DNA from: Candidatus Aegiribacteria sp.
GTDB taxonomy: Bacteria > Fermentibacterota > Fermentibacteria > Fermentibacterales > JCC-6
Length of the DNA stretch: 64,000 nt
Direction of reading: 5' to 3'
Assembly: GCA_013138965.1 (NCBI GenBank)
Contig: WTBT01000034.1
Location: forward strand, 31,325 to 95,324
Both the position numbers and the translations under genes were made by a program. Shown in pieces: positions 52,587 to 62,368 of the stretch; the stretch's first letter is position 1; each line of letters starts with the position of its first letter. A model generated the notes under the pieces. The model was not told the DNA's origin and did no database searches. It saw only the letters and a list, made by a program, of their open reading frames with translations.

Positions 52587-55393
52587 CAGTACAACCTCAG
52601 ATTCAACCTGGAGTAGAATTCGGTATCGTATTTCTCCCAGTACTCATAAACGGGAGTTCTTTCGTATCCAACACTGTATCCGAATGTCAATGACAGAGGA
52701 TACCACATTTCAAATGTAAGTTCTGCCAATCCGTTCAAGAGTGTGTTTTCGGGTTCATCGGGAGGGATATAGAAGTTCCCCCAGAACCAGAATGAAGGAA
52801 GGATTGAATCGTCATCGGAAACCCATATAGATATGGAACCGTAGAGAGTAGTTCTGTCGGTCCTCTCGTTCTCAAGACCGGAAGCCCAATGGGTGTTTAC
52901 CAGCCCGATACCCAGCGAGGGGGATACCCAGATCCAGTCATTCAGCCATTTCTTATACGCGAAGGAAAAGTAAGAGCTTATCTGCCATGGTCTGACAGTT
53001 CCGGGCTGTCTGTCCCATGAGCTGCTTGCACTTACAGTAAAATGATCGGACAATATCCTCTCCACGGACATGGATATATTTGCCCATGTGTAGTCACTTT
53101 TATAATCCGTGGAAGTCTCAATGAAACTATAATCCGTTTCCAGAGATATCTCGCTGCCCTTCGCGTCATACTCGAAGCAAATCTCCAGCCCACCGGAGTA
53201 TTTTCTCTCTCTTACATTTCCGTTATCAACCCTGGTATCAACGTATAGTGTTACATTGAAGCGTCTTGCCTGTCTCCTTTTCCATTCAGGATCGAAATCT
53301 CTGCCGGTTATTATCCTTATCCTTGATTCGGCGTAATCGTACCCGGGTGAAATACTCAGAGCCTGGAAATAGTAATCCATAGCGCTGTCCGAATCACCTT
53401 TGTTCTCGTAAGCCAGGCCTATGTACGCATAAATCCACGGGGAGAGGGAATCCTGCTCAAGAGATCTTTCAAAGGCAACCAGAGCATCATCGTACTGATC
53501 CGAGAAAAGAAGAGCTTCACCAAGGCCGCTCCAGGCGCTGAAAGAGAGGCTGTCAAGCTCAATTGCCCGTCTGTACCTGTCAGCTGCCTCCAATTCTTCA
53601 TCTTCATCAAACAGATAGTAAGCCCATTCCAGCCATACGTCTATGCTGTCCGGGGCGATGCCAGCGGCAGCTTCGTAGCTTCTTCCAGCTTCATCCTTCT
53701 CACCAAGTTCAGCGTAGAGACCAGCCATGAGCAGCCAGAACTCATAGTCATGGGTTCCGCTTTCCGATTCCGCTCTCCCGGCAAGCTGAAAAGATATCTC
53801 AGGGTTTGCCACAGTATACGTCCAGGCGAGGTCTGCCCATGCATAGGGATACTCATCCGCTATCAATTCTGCGAGACTGTCAGCCTCATGATCTCTGCCG
53901 GTACTTCCGTAGATGAGTGCTTTCTCACATAATGCGGTACTTTCAAACCCATCTGCTTCAATGTAGCTTTCCCAGAGGGCAAGAGCTTCTTCAGTGTTCC
54001 CCGATTGCGCAAGAAGCGGCGCCAGCCGCTGATACCCGAAAACATAGGCGGAATCAACAGATATGGCTTTGGAGTAATAAAAGGCGGCGCTGTCTGTGGC
54101 TCCCAGCTGTTCCAGCACAAACCCCAGTTCCCCCAGCAGCCATGTTCCGGGATAGTCGGCTTCTCTAACCGCTCTTCCGTACCAGTTGGCGGCAGCTTCC
54201 AGATCCCCATCACTTTCGAAGAGAAGCCCCCTCTGTTCCCATGCCCATAGATACTCACTGTCGACGGCCACACCGTTCTCGTAAGCCTCCCCGGCTTCCT
54301 CAGGTTTCCCAAGCTTCTGAAGAACCAGACCCAGTTCTCCCCACGTCCATGAGTACTCCGGATCGATCTCCAGAGCTCTGCGGTAAGCGGTTTTAGCAGC
54401 GGTATAATCGCCCATCTCTTCGTACAGGAGACCCAGGGCTATCCAGACGTCAACGAAACTTCTGTCTGATTCCGTGCATTCGCTGTACCACTCTATTGCC
54501 TCTTCAATATCTCCATTCTCTTCAGCCATGAGACCCAGCCTGTACTGGGCAAACGCGTAATCGGGATTCATTTCGATTCCATCCAGATAGCTTCTGCGTG
54601 CCGCATCGAAATTGCCGGTATTTTCAAGACAGATGCCGATCTCCCCGAGGCTCAGATAACTCTCAGGATCTCTTCTTAACAGTTCCCTGTACACCTTGAC
54701 AGCTTCACCGTATCTATCCTGACTTTCAAGCAGCAGCCCGAGATCGATAAGACACCCTGTATCATCCGGATAGGCATCGGCTATCTTTCCATAGGCCATC
54801 TCCGCCGCCTGAAACTTGCCTGTAAGCTCCATTATCCAAGCCGCTTCGGACATCAGCTGTTTATTAACCGGCCACTCTTCGAGGGCTGCGTTCAGACAGA
54901 CCAATGCCTTCTCGAATTCATTCTGATGTCTGTATATCTCGGCTGTTTTGAGCCAGATTGAAATCCAGGAGGGATCAATGCGCATCGCTGCTGCAAGTAC
55001 GGAAAGGGCTTCCGAATAGTTTTCCTGAACCATAAGGCAGTGTGCCCTCCCGACATGGCCCAGAACCAGGGTTGAATCGTACTCAAGTGCCGTCTGAAAA
55101 TCCTTCAGCGATTCTTCCGCGCTATCTGTAAAGGACCTGCCCATGGCACCCCAGGCCATCGCTGAGCAGGAATCCAGTTCTACCGCTTTACGGGCATATT
55201 CTTTCGCTTCATCGTAATTCCCAAGGGCATTGGCGGAAAAAGCCAGAGCCGCCCAGGCATCGGAACTTGTCGAATCTTCCGCAACGGCAATCTCCGCCTG
55301 AATGTAAGCGTACTCCCAGTCACCGGAGGAATAGCCGGCGCGCCAGCCGGCCAGGTTCAATGCCGCAAGTACGGAGAACAGAAGGAACTGTAT
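52586..55393 (-). CDS. Long TPR-array protein with C-terminal beta-barrel (DUF481-like)
   Basis: Many TPR repeats; barrel paralogous to the downstream gene. Start may be ATA at 55393 (ORF track starts at 55360). Confidence 0.72.
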   Translation of the reverse strand: MQFLLFSVLAALNLAGWRAGYSSGDWEYAYIQAEIAVAEDSTSSDAWAALAFSANALGNYDEAKEYARKAVELDSCSAMAWGAMGRSFTDSAEESLKDFQTALEYDSTLVLGHVGRAHCLMVQENYSEALSVLAAAMRIDPSWISIWLKTAEIYRHQNEFEKALVCLNAALEEWPVNKQLMSEAAWIMELTGKFQAAEMAYGKIADAYPDDTGCLIDLGLLLESQDRYGEAVKVYRELLRRDPESYLSLGEIGICLENTGNFDAARRSYLDGIEMNPDYAFAQYRLGLMAEENGDIEEAIEWYSECTESDRSFVDVWIALGLLYEEMGDYTAAKTAYRRALEIDPEYSWTWGELGLVLQKLGKPEEAGEAYENGVAVDSEYLWAWEQRGLLFESDGDLEAAANWYGRAVREADYPGTWLLGELGFVLEQLGATDSAAFYYSKAISVDSAYVFGYQRLAPLLAQSGNTEEALALWESYIEADGFESTALCEKALIYGSTGRDHEADSLAELIADEYPYAWADLAWTYTVANPEISFQLAGRAESESGTHDYEFWLLMAGLYAELGEKDEAGRSYEAAAGIAPDSIDVWLEWAYYLFDEDEELEAADRYRRAIELDSLSFSAWSGLGEALLFSDQYDDALVAFERSLEQDSLSPWIYAYIGLAYENKGDSDSAMDYYFQALSISPGYDYAESRIRIITGRDFDPEWKRRQARRFNVTLYVDTRVDNGNVRERKYSGGLEICFEYDAKGSEISLETDYSFIETSTDYKSDYTWANISMSVERILSDHFTVSASSSWDRQPGTVRPWQISSYFSFAYKKWLNDWIWVSPSLGIGLVNTHWASGLENERTDRTTLYGSISIWVSDDDSILPSFWFWGNFYIPPDEPENTLLNGLAELTFEMWYPLSLTFGYSVGYERTPVYEYWEKYDTEFYSRLNLRLY

Positions 55394-55394
55394 A

Positions 55395-56174
55395 TCAACC
55401 TCCCGCCAGAGAAACTGTCAGGCCGGACAGCCCCAGCAGCCAGCAGTACCATGCAAAAATCGAGAATCTACCGGCTCTCAGGAATTTCAGCAGAATTCTG
55501 AGAGCAAGATATCCGGTAAACGCGGAGATCACAAATCCGGTAACCATAAGGGAATAATCGATGCCGCTGGATCCCGCATTTCCCAGCTTAAGGACTGCGG
55601 CTCCGGCAATGGCAGGGATTGATAGCAGGAAAGAGAAACGGGCAGCCTTCTCCCTCTTTATCCCCGCGAAAAGCCCCGTGGAAATAGTGAGCCCTGACCG
55701 GGAGATCCCCGGGAGCAGAGCCATTGCCTGAGAAACCCCCACAATGACGCTTCCAGTGACGCTGGGGTTATCCCTGTTCCCACTTTTCATGAACCTTGTA
55801 CTGAAAAGAACGCAGCCGGTTATCAGAAGCATTACCGATACCAGAACCGGGCTGCTAAAGGCTCTCTCGATAGAGTCTGAAAGGAAAAATCCTGCCAGAG
55901 CCGCGGGTACAGAACCTATGATAAGCAGGCCTGCCAGAACAAGCGATTCTCTTTGTTTCCGAAGCACACCGGATATAAGCCCCATCAGGTCGTTTTTGTA
56001 TACAGCCAGTACCGCCATGAGTGTACCAAGATGAACTACGATCTCAAAGGTCATGTCCCCTTCGGGAACTTTCAGTATCATTCCAGCCAGAGCAAGATGG
56101 CCGGAGCTTGAAACAGGTAGAAATTCGGTAAGCCCCTGGATAATAGCCAGCAGGATGACAGACAGAAGTGTCAT
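55395..56174 (-). CDS. uppP: Undecaprenyl-diphosphate phosphatase
   Basis: QGLTEFLPVSSSGHL; PGISRSG; FSFLLSIP. Confidence 0.95.
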   Translation of the reverse strand: MTLLSVILLAIIQGLTEFLPVSSSGHLALAGMILKVPEGDMTFEIVVHLGTLMAVLAVYKNDLMGLISGVLRKQRESLVLAGLLIIGSVPAALAGFFLSDSIERAFSSPVLVSVMLLITGCVLFSTRFMKSGNRDNPSVTGSVIVGVSQAMALLPGISRSGLTISTGLFAGIKREKAARFSFLLSIPAIAGAAVLKLGNAGSSGIDYSLMVTGFVISAFTGYLALRILLKFLRAGRFSIFAWYCWLLGLSGLTVSLAGG

Positions 56175-57361
56175 CGTTCTAGGAATTCCCTGTGAAGAGC
56201 CCTGAGAGCTTCATCTCTCTGCTCCAGAAGAACCAGAGCTGAAATGGTAGCGTGCGAATCAACCGTCTGGAGCATGTCAATGCCCACTCTGTCAAGGGCA
56301 GCGGAAAACTTCGCCATAACGCCCTTAATCCCGTGCATACCTGCCCCCACAATGGATACTTTTGCGCAGGGAGATATCGTCTCGCTGGCAATTCCGCGAC
56401 TTCTGAGAACTTCCGAAACCCTTTCTTCATCCTCAAGCGGAACAGTGAACATGGCTGCTGCATCAAAAACACTGAACATATCCATTGATACTCCCGCATC
56501 AGCGATAAGACCGAATGCGTGTGAATAGAATTGATGCATCGGGACGCAACCGCCTGTAGTGAGTCTGAACTGAGTCGCGTCAGGTCCCGATGCGACACCG
56601 GTTATGTACATACCTCTTCTGACAACAAAGGGTTCAATCATGGTGACCGGTTCACCGGTAAGATGAGACTTCACACTAATCCTGATGCCTGCATCACCTG
56701 CTATTTCCGAGGCTCTGGGATGTACAACCTCAGCTCCATGCCATGCCAGCTGTCTTATGTCCTCTGCACTTATTCTGTCTACCTTCAAAGCTTCCGGAAC
56801 CTTACCGGGATCTGCGGTGTAAACCGAATCGATCTTCTTGAAGAGTACCAACTCGTCCGCCTCAAGGGCTGCAGCTATAGCTGTCGCTGTAATATCACTG
56901 CCCCCTCTTCTGAGTGTGGATACGGTTCCTTTGCTGCTCATACCCTGGAAACCGGCCACTACTACGCAAGCATTCTCTTCGAGGGTCGCGATAAGGTACT
57001 CCTTTTCGATCGATTCGAGCTCGGCACCACAATGCTTCTCATCGGTTCGAAGCCCGGCGTTCCATCCGGTGATGGCTGCTGCTGTTATTCCACTCTGCCT
57101 GAGCATGTCACTGAAAACAGCTGCGGAGATAACTTCTCCACAGGCCAGAAGACAGGATTTTTCGAGGGGAATGGGAGCTGAAACAAGTTCCAGCAAGGTA
57201 TCCGTTGAATATGGATCACCTTTCCTGCCCATTGCTGAAACAACAACTACAATCCTGCGGTACGATTTGAGCTCCCTTAAGCATAGATCTACTGACTTCC
57301 GTCTGTCCGCTTCGGTTGAAAGGCATGTTCCACCGAACTTCATGACACAAAGATCATTCAC
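56171..57361 (-). CDS. Aspartate kinase (DapG/aspartokinase I-like)
   Basis: KFGGT, VVSAMGRKGDPYSTDTLL, GGSD, ADP; C-terminal ACT domains. Confidence 0.88.
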   Translation of the reverse strand: MNDLCVMKFGGTCLSTEADRRKSVDLCLRELKSYRRIVVVVSAMGRKGDPYSTDTLLELVSAPIPLEKSCLLACGEVISAAVFSDMLRQSGITAAAITGWNAGLRTDEKHCGAELESIEKEYLIATLEENACVVVAGFQGMSSKGTVSTLRRGGSDITATAIAAALEADELVLFKKIDSVYTADPGKVPEALKVDRISAEDIRQLAWHGAEVVHPRASEIAGDAGIRISVKSHLTGEPVTMIEPFVVRRGMYITGVASGPDATQFRLTTGGCVPMHQFYSHAFGLIADAGVSMDMFSVFDAAAMFTVPLEDEERVSEVLRSRGIASETISPCAKVSIVGAGMHGIKGVMAKFSAALDRVGIDMLQTVDSHATISALVLLEQRDEALRALHREFLER

Positions 57362-58442
57362 TTCTTCCGCTCCTTGCTGCAGTCATGACGAGTTCCATGA
57401 ATTCCTTCCCGGTATCGTTCCAGTCGTTCATACTCTCGGCAAACATACGGCTTTTTTCACCCATCAGCAGTCTCAGATCCCTGTTCCTGATAAGTTTGTT
57501 CATCGCATCCGCAAGCTCCTCAGCATTTCCAGAAGGCGTAAGGAGACCGTTTTCACCGTCACGAACAAGTTCAGGTATTGCGGCTATATCCGAAGCAATT
57601 ACAGGCAATCCGTACCACATTCCCTCAATAATAGACATACCGAAGCCTTCCCAGTTGGCTGCGTGAACGAGTACATCAGCCCTCAAATAAGCATCGACAA
57701 CTTCATTTTCATCGATATATCCAAACATTCTGATGGACTCCGATAAGGCTTCGTCAGAAATCGATTTTTTCACAGTGGAGGTATAACCTATATCGCCTTC
57801 TGTGTTTCCTATGAATTCCATCTTATAGCTGCCTGCATCAAGGAAGCTGCATGCCTTAACCGCAACGTGCTGAGCCTTTCTGGGAGAAAGACTACCGACG
57901 CAGAGAAACCTGACGGGTCCGCGACGGTCTGATCGGTTGGGCAGCTGCCTCCGATCTTTTTCGAATCCGGGATTTATCACCCTGATTATTTCAGGATGAA
58001 TACCCATTCTCTCCACATCTTCCCGGGTGTTTCTGCTATTGACCCAGACCCTTTCAGCCATACCAAGGAGCCATCTCACATACATTCTATACATGAATAC
58101 TTTAAGTTTATTCCTGATGTTTGTCCAATCAAAATGATGAATAAGGTAAAGTACGGGTGTTTTTGCAAACACAGTCATCAGACGAATGAGAGAAACATAT
58201 TGATAGCTCTTGCTTACTATTACCAGGTCTGGTTTACTGCTTCGGATCTTCCCGTAGATATACCTGGAGGCCCTGAACCATTTTCTTGGAAGCCCCTTGG
58301 GAACCGTTGTGAAATGTATAATTTCTATGTTATTACCTTGAGACCTGAGGCTGTTCACCATTCTGAAATTGAAATCGTAACCTCCGGAGTGGAAATCCTT
58401 TTTGCCAAGCATTACGAAGACGATACTGCAGGGAATGATCAT
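57354..58442 (-). CDS. GT4 glycosyltransferase
   Basis: SGGY..N; GSLSPRK; EGFGMSIIE. Confidence 0.88.
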   Translation of the reverse strand: MIIPCSIVFVMLGKKDFHSGGYDFNFRMVNSLRSQGNNIEIIHFTTVPKGLPRKWFRASRYIYGKIRSSKPDLVIVSKSYQYVSLIRLMTVFAKTPVLYLIHHFDWTNIRNKLKVFMYRMYVRWLLGMAERVWVNSRNTREDVERMGIHPEIIRVINPGFEKDRRQLPNRSDRRGPVRFLCVGSLSPRKAQHVAVKACSFLDAGSYKMEFIGNTEGDIGYTSTVKKSISDEALSESIRMFGYIDENEVVDAYLRADVLVHAANWEGFGMSIIEGMWYGLPVIASDIAAIPELVRDGENGLLTPSGNAEELADAMNKLIRNRDLRLLMGEKSRMFAESMNDWNDTGKEFMELVMTAARSGRSE

Positions 58443-58518
58443 ATCCTTTCGATTACAGCAACTCCAGAGTACTTTTCAAGTATCAAGTATATAACCGGGA
58501 ATGGCAGTCTGACATAAT

Positions 58519-59472
58519 TCATCGGACGGTTTTTCTTCTAAAATGCTCACTGAGCGCTCTAATAAACAGAATCGGATGTCTAAGCACTTCCAGAATAAGG
58601 ATTCGCAATTCCTGAATATCTATTCCTTTCCCGGAATGTCTGTCAATAACAACGCAATAAATGAAATACAGGTGGTGCAGAAAAATGGGAATTGTCCTAT
58701 CAGTCTGCAGTTTGTTTTCCATTGCCCAGTTAAAGAGAGTCTTCCACAGGAGACTGCTGGTGAAGTATCGGTTATAATCAGATATAATTCTGTTCCCGGC
58801 GTGAACCCTCCTCATGGCAACCGGAGTGTTAAGCCTGCCCGGATATAGTCTTCCAAACTGAGCCATCTGGATATTCATTGCGTAATCCTGGTGCAATCTG
58901 AGATTTTCGAAGAAGAACCCGCACTTCTCGAATATGATTTTCCTCACAGTAAGTCCATCAAGGCTGAATGTCCCTTTTCCGCCTTCCAGAAGCAGATTAC
59001 ACAGCTTGTCAGGACAAACTCGTTTAGACAATGTCGTAATATTGCTATTCTCATAGGACTTCCATCTATTCTCAGCTTCCTCATCCTCAAAGCAAACTCC
59101 TATGGCCTCATATACCCCATCTATATTTTCATGCATGTTAAATAATTCCGCTGCAACCTTAAATCGATCAGCAAGATAATAGTCATCAGCATCAAGGAAT
59201 GCCAGATATTCCATAGTCGCATTTCTCACACCTAGATTCCTGGTCGCTCCAGCTCCGTGATTTTCCCCATCAGAATGTCGGATAAGCGATACCCGCGAAT
59301 ACTCCTTTTCCAGGGATCTGCACACCACTAGGCTGTCATCAGTTGAGTTATCTTCAGCAAGTATTACTTCAGCCGTTTCAGGCTGATCAAGAGCAGATAC
59401 AACAGCGCTTCTCACAAACTGCTCCGCATTGTAAACAGGTATGACAACGCTTATTTTCATATTAACTTTCAT
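58519..59472 (-). CDS. GT2 glycosyltransferase
   Basis: ISVVIPVYN; EDNSTD; RNLG; FLDADD. Start may be 59460. Confidence 0.9.
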   Translation of the reverse strand: MKVNMKISVVIPVYNAEQFVRSAVVSALDQPETAEVILAEDNSTDDSLVVCRSLEKEYSRVSLIRHSDGENHGAGATRNLGVRNATMEYLAFLDADDYYLADRFKVAAELFNMHENIDGVYEAIGVCFEDEEAENRWKSYENSNITTLSKRVCPDKLCNLLLEGGKGTFSLDGLTVRKIIFEKCGFFFENLRLHQDYAMNIQMAQFGRLYPGRLNTPVAMRRVHAGNRIISDYNRYFTSSLLWKTLFNWAMENKLQTDRTIPIFLHHLYFIYCVVIDRHSGKGIDIQELRILILEVLRHPILFIRALSEHFRRKTVR

Positions 59473-59572
59473 AGCAGTGATTTCTTGAATGTTTTCTGAA
59501 TATCAACTATACTACTCAGATCGTTGCGCTATCATAATATGTTAAATGAATTTGGAAATAGCCGAGTATATT

Positions 59573-60883
59573 ATGGACAACAGTCTTGTGTATCTCTCAT
59601 ATTTGTTCCCGCCGCTCAGCTGCGGCGCTAATACCAGAAATACTCTACTACCAAGGTATCTGCCGCGATTCGGCTGGAAAATCAGTGTACTGACATCCAC
59701 CGAACCCAGGGGACTACCTTTGGATTATTCCCTCTTGAAAAAAATACCTGAGGAAACCGTTATCAGAAGGGTACGACACCTGGATGTAATGACTGCTCTG
59801 AGGAAATTCACGGGAAAACAGAATACTCAGCAAGCCGATTCATTTCAAAGAGAAGAAAATCGTATTACACTAAAGGATATTCTGAAATTCTACTCCCTTA
59901 TTCCCGACAGGGCTATCACCTGGATGCCTGATGTCGTTCCCGCCGGTATAAACCTTGTGCATGATACAAATGCAAAAATTATTCTCTCGGCAGGTCCGCA
60001 CCATTCTCTGCATTTGCATGCATGGCTTATCAGCAGGATTACAGGTATAAAATGGATCCCTTACTTTGGGGATCTCTGGATATACGATTCATATATGCAA
60101 TATCCACCTGGTCCCATTAAGTGGGTTCACGGTTTACTCGAAAGGGCTGTTATAAGGAATGCCAACGGTATAATCACGACTACTCCACTATCCTCGGAAT
60201 ATTTCATCAGACGATACGGCTCCGATTGCCCGCCCTGTACTGAAGTAATCAACGGATACGATCCTGAGAACCTGCCTGATATAACAAGCAGTGTTCACAG
60301 GACAGATACAAGGCTGACCATTACATATACTGGAAATCTTTTGGGATTCAACGCCCCAGATTACCTGCCGGATGGAATAGAGGATTTTCTCGCGGCAAAC
60401 CCGGAAGCGGAAGTAAAGTTTGTATTCGTTGGTTCCTTTGATCCAGGGTTCAAAAGCAGACTGCAATCTGACAACTTCGGCAAGGCAGTGGAGTTCCTCG
60501 ATAGAGTTCCAGCAGATGAAGTTCGGAAATACCAACTTGAAGCAGATGTTCTGATGACCTGCGTTGCAGACCGACCCGGATGTGAAGTCAAGAATAACGC
60601 AAAACTTGCAGAATACGTTTCGGTCAGGAAACCTATCCTGATTCTGTGCAGGAGAGGGGATATGGCTGATTTTCTTGAGGAAATGCAGGGCGGTTATTTT
60701 TCAGAACCGAATCCAGAAGCTGTATCTAAGATACTTCAGCAGATTTACATGGACTGGAAATCAGACAAAATGAGAGGTCCCGCGAACCAGGAGGTGGCGA
60801 GTCGTATCTTTGATATGCGAGAGAATATCCGAAATCTAGCCGATTTCCTGAGGAAGATCGTGGACAACGAAACCCGTTTCTAA
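59573..60883 (+). CDS. GT4-like glycosyltransferase
   Basis: SYLFPP, IPD...W, INGYD, YTG, KLAEY. Confidence 0.8.
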   Translation: MDNSLVYLSYLFPPLSCGANTRNTLLPRYLPRFGWKISVLTSTEPRGLPLDYSLLKKIPEETVIRRVRHLDVMTALRKFTGKQNTQQADSFQREENRITLKDILKFYSLIPDRAITWMPDVVPAGINLVHDTNAKIILSAGPHHSLHLHAWLISRITGIKWIPYFGDLWIYDSYMQYPPGPIKWVHGLLERAVIRNANGIITTTPLSSEYFIRRYGSDCPPCTEVINGYDPENLPDITSSVHRTDTRLTITYTGNLLGFNAPDYLPDGIEDFLAANPEAEVKFVFVGSFDPGFKSRLQSDNFGKAVEFLDRVPADEVRKYQLEADVLMTCVADRPGCEVKNNAKLAEYVSVRKPILILCRRGDMADFLEEMQGGYFSEPNPEAVSKILQQIYMDWKSDKMRGPANQEVASRIFDMRENIRNLADFLRKIVDNETRF

Positions 60884-60935
60884 GCAAAAACTAACTCCCT
60901 ATTAAATCCAATAGAAATACAGAGGAATGTAAGGA

Positions 60936-60963
60936 TTGACAATATCTGAACGTATTGTATTTT
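60936..60963 (+). promoter_or_regulatory. Putative sigma70 promoter of the TetR operon
   Basis: TTGACA-16 bp-TATTTT; GGAGG RBS follows. Confidence 0.45.
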
Positions 60964-60991
60964 TGAATTTCTTCATACTTGGAGGTCATTC

Positions 60992-61606
60992 ATGGGTTTG
61001 AGAGAGATCAAGAAGGAACGTGCGCGAAGGGCGATACTGAAAGCGGCCAGAGGTATGTTCTTCAGCCGCGGTTTCGATGGAACCACAATAGAGGAAATTG
61101 CTGAAGAAGCTGAAGTAGCGGTAGGTACCGTATACAATTACTTCGACTCGAAAAGCGCTTTGATCCTGGCAATTACCGCCGAGGACACATCGAATGTTCT
61201 GGATGAGAAGTTTCGGATCCCGGAATCCTGCACAGGGTTTGAAAGTGTTAAGCTGTTTATAAATACTTTCATGGAGAACCTGTCCATATATCCGAAGAGA
61301 CTTCTGAGGGAATTGATGAGGGAAGCCTGGCGCAGTGATACTGCCCTGAGCAAAGGGCTGATAAGGCAGGATCTGACCCTTCTCGACGGTCTTGTCAGGT
61401 TACTCCGGGAGTTAACCGAAAAACAGAAGCTCAAATCCGGCACAGATATTGAACACGCATCCCTGGCGATATACGGAATCATCACTACCGCAATTATGTG
61501 GTACGCCGCCGATGAGGAAAGAACCCCTGAACAGATGCTTGAATCCCTTGAGAAAATGCTTGGAATCCTCTTCAACGGGCTGATCTTCGAAGGGAGAGAT
61601 AAGTGA
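60992..61606 (+). CDS. TetR/AcrR family transcriptional regulator
   Basis: GFDGTTIEEIAEEAEVAVGTVYNYFDSK helix-turn-helix. Confidence 0.93.
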   Translation: MGLREIKKERARRAILKAARGMFFSRGFDGTTIEEIAEEAEVAVGTVYNYFDSKSALILAITAEDTSNVLDEKFRIPESCTGFESVKLFINTFMENLSIYPKRLLRELMREAWRSDTALSKGLIRQDLTLLDGLVRLLRELTEKQKLKSGTDIEHASLAIYGIITTAIMWYAADEERTPEQMLESLEKMLGILFNGLIFEGRDK

Positions 61607-62367
61607 GATCACTTTTACTGCTTCTCAACCTGTCATCCATCCCGGGTCTTATTGCTGCGGGCATCTGCCAGCCAGCAATCGACGAACTGGTGCATTCGCT
61701 GGATCAGCTTTACAGAAGCGATGACAGTTACGCTGAAATGTCGATGCAAATTGTAACACCGCACTGGGAAAGAACACTGACAATGAAGGCATGGTCTCAC
61801 GGAATTGATAAAACCTTCATCAGGATTCTCTCCCCCGCAAGGGAAGCCGGAATGGCATCCCTCCGAATAGGTGCTGAAATGTGGAATTACCTTCCAAACA
61901 CCGGCAGCACGGTAAGGATACCGCCATCAATGATGGCAGGTTCGTGGATGGGATCGGACATCACCAACAACGATATAGTCAGAGAAATCACCTATGCGGA
62001 GGATTACACGTACTCGTACACAACCGATACGACCCTTACGGGGAATCAGTCGGAAGGCGTGCTGTACATTGAGCTGTTTCCAAAATCCTCCACCGCGGTG
62101 GTGTGGTCCAGCATCGTTTTCGCAGTTAGAACCTCTGATACCATACCCCTGTGGGAAAGGTACTACGACAGTCATGGTGATCTGATAAAGACTGTAACCT
62201 ATTCGAACGTGCAGGAAATGGATAACAGAACAATACCCACACAGATGCGGGTTATCCCCGCCGACAAAGAGGGGCAGAGCACAACCATCACCTGGTCCCA
62301 CGCTGAATTCAACCGGGGCCTGGACAGCAGCATCTTCTCGCTGAGAAACCTTCAGTCCGGGGAGTGA
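61603..62367 (+). CDS. Outer-membrane lipoprotein-sorting (LolA-like) protein
   Basis: ILSPAREAG, MWNYLP, SWMGSDITNND, FSLRNL. Confidence 0.85.
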   Translation: MRSLLLLLNLSSIPGLIAAGICQPAIDELVHSLDQLYRSDDSYAEMSMQIVTPHWERTLTMKAWSHGIDKTFIRILSPAREAGMASLRIGAEMWNYLPNTGSTVRIPPSMMAGSWMGSDITNNDIVREITYAEDYTYSYTTDTTLTGNQSEGVLYIELFPKSSTAVVWSSIVFAVRTSDTIPLWERYYDSHGDLIKTVTYSNVQEMDNRTIPTQMRVIPADKEGQSTTITWSHAEFNRGLDSSIFSLRNLQSGE

Positions 62368-62368
62368 T

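Noticed and set aside
56838-57746. 302-aa + strand ORF and the many other antisense ORFs over ribosomal genes
   Set aside because: They overlap well-supported genes on the opposite strand.
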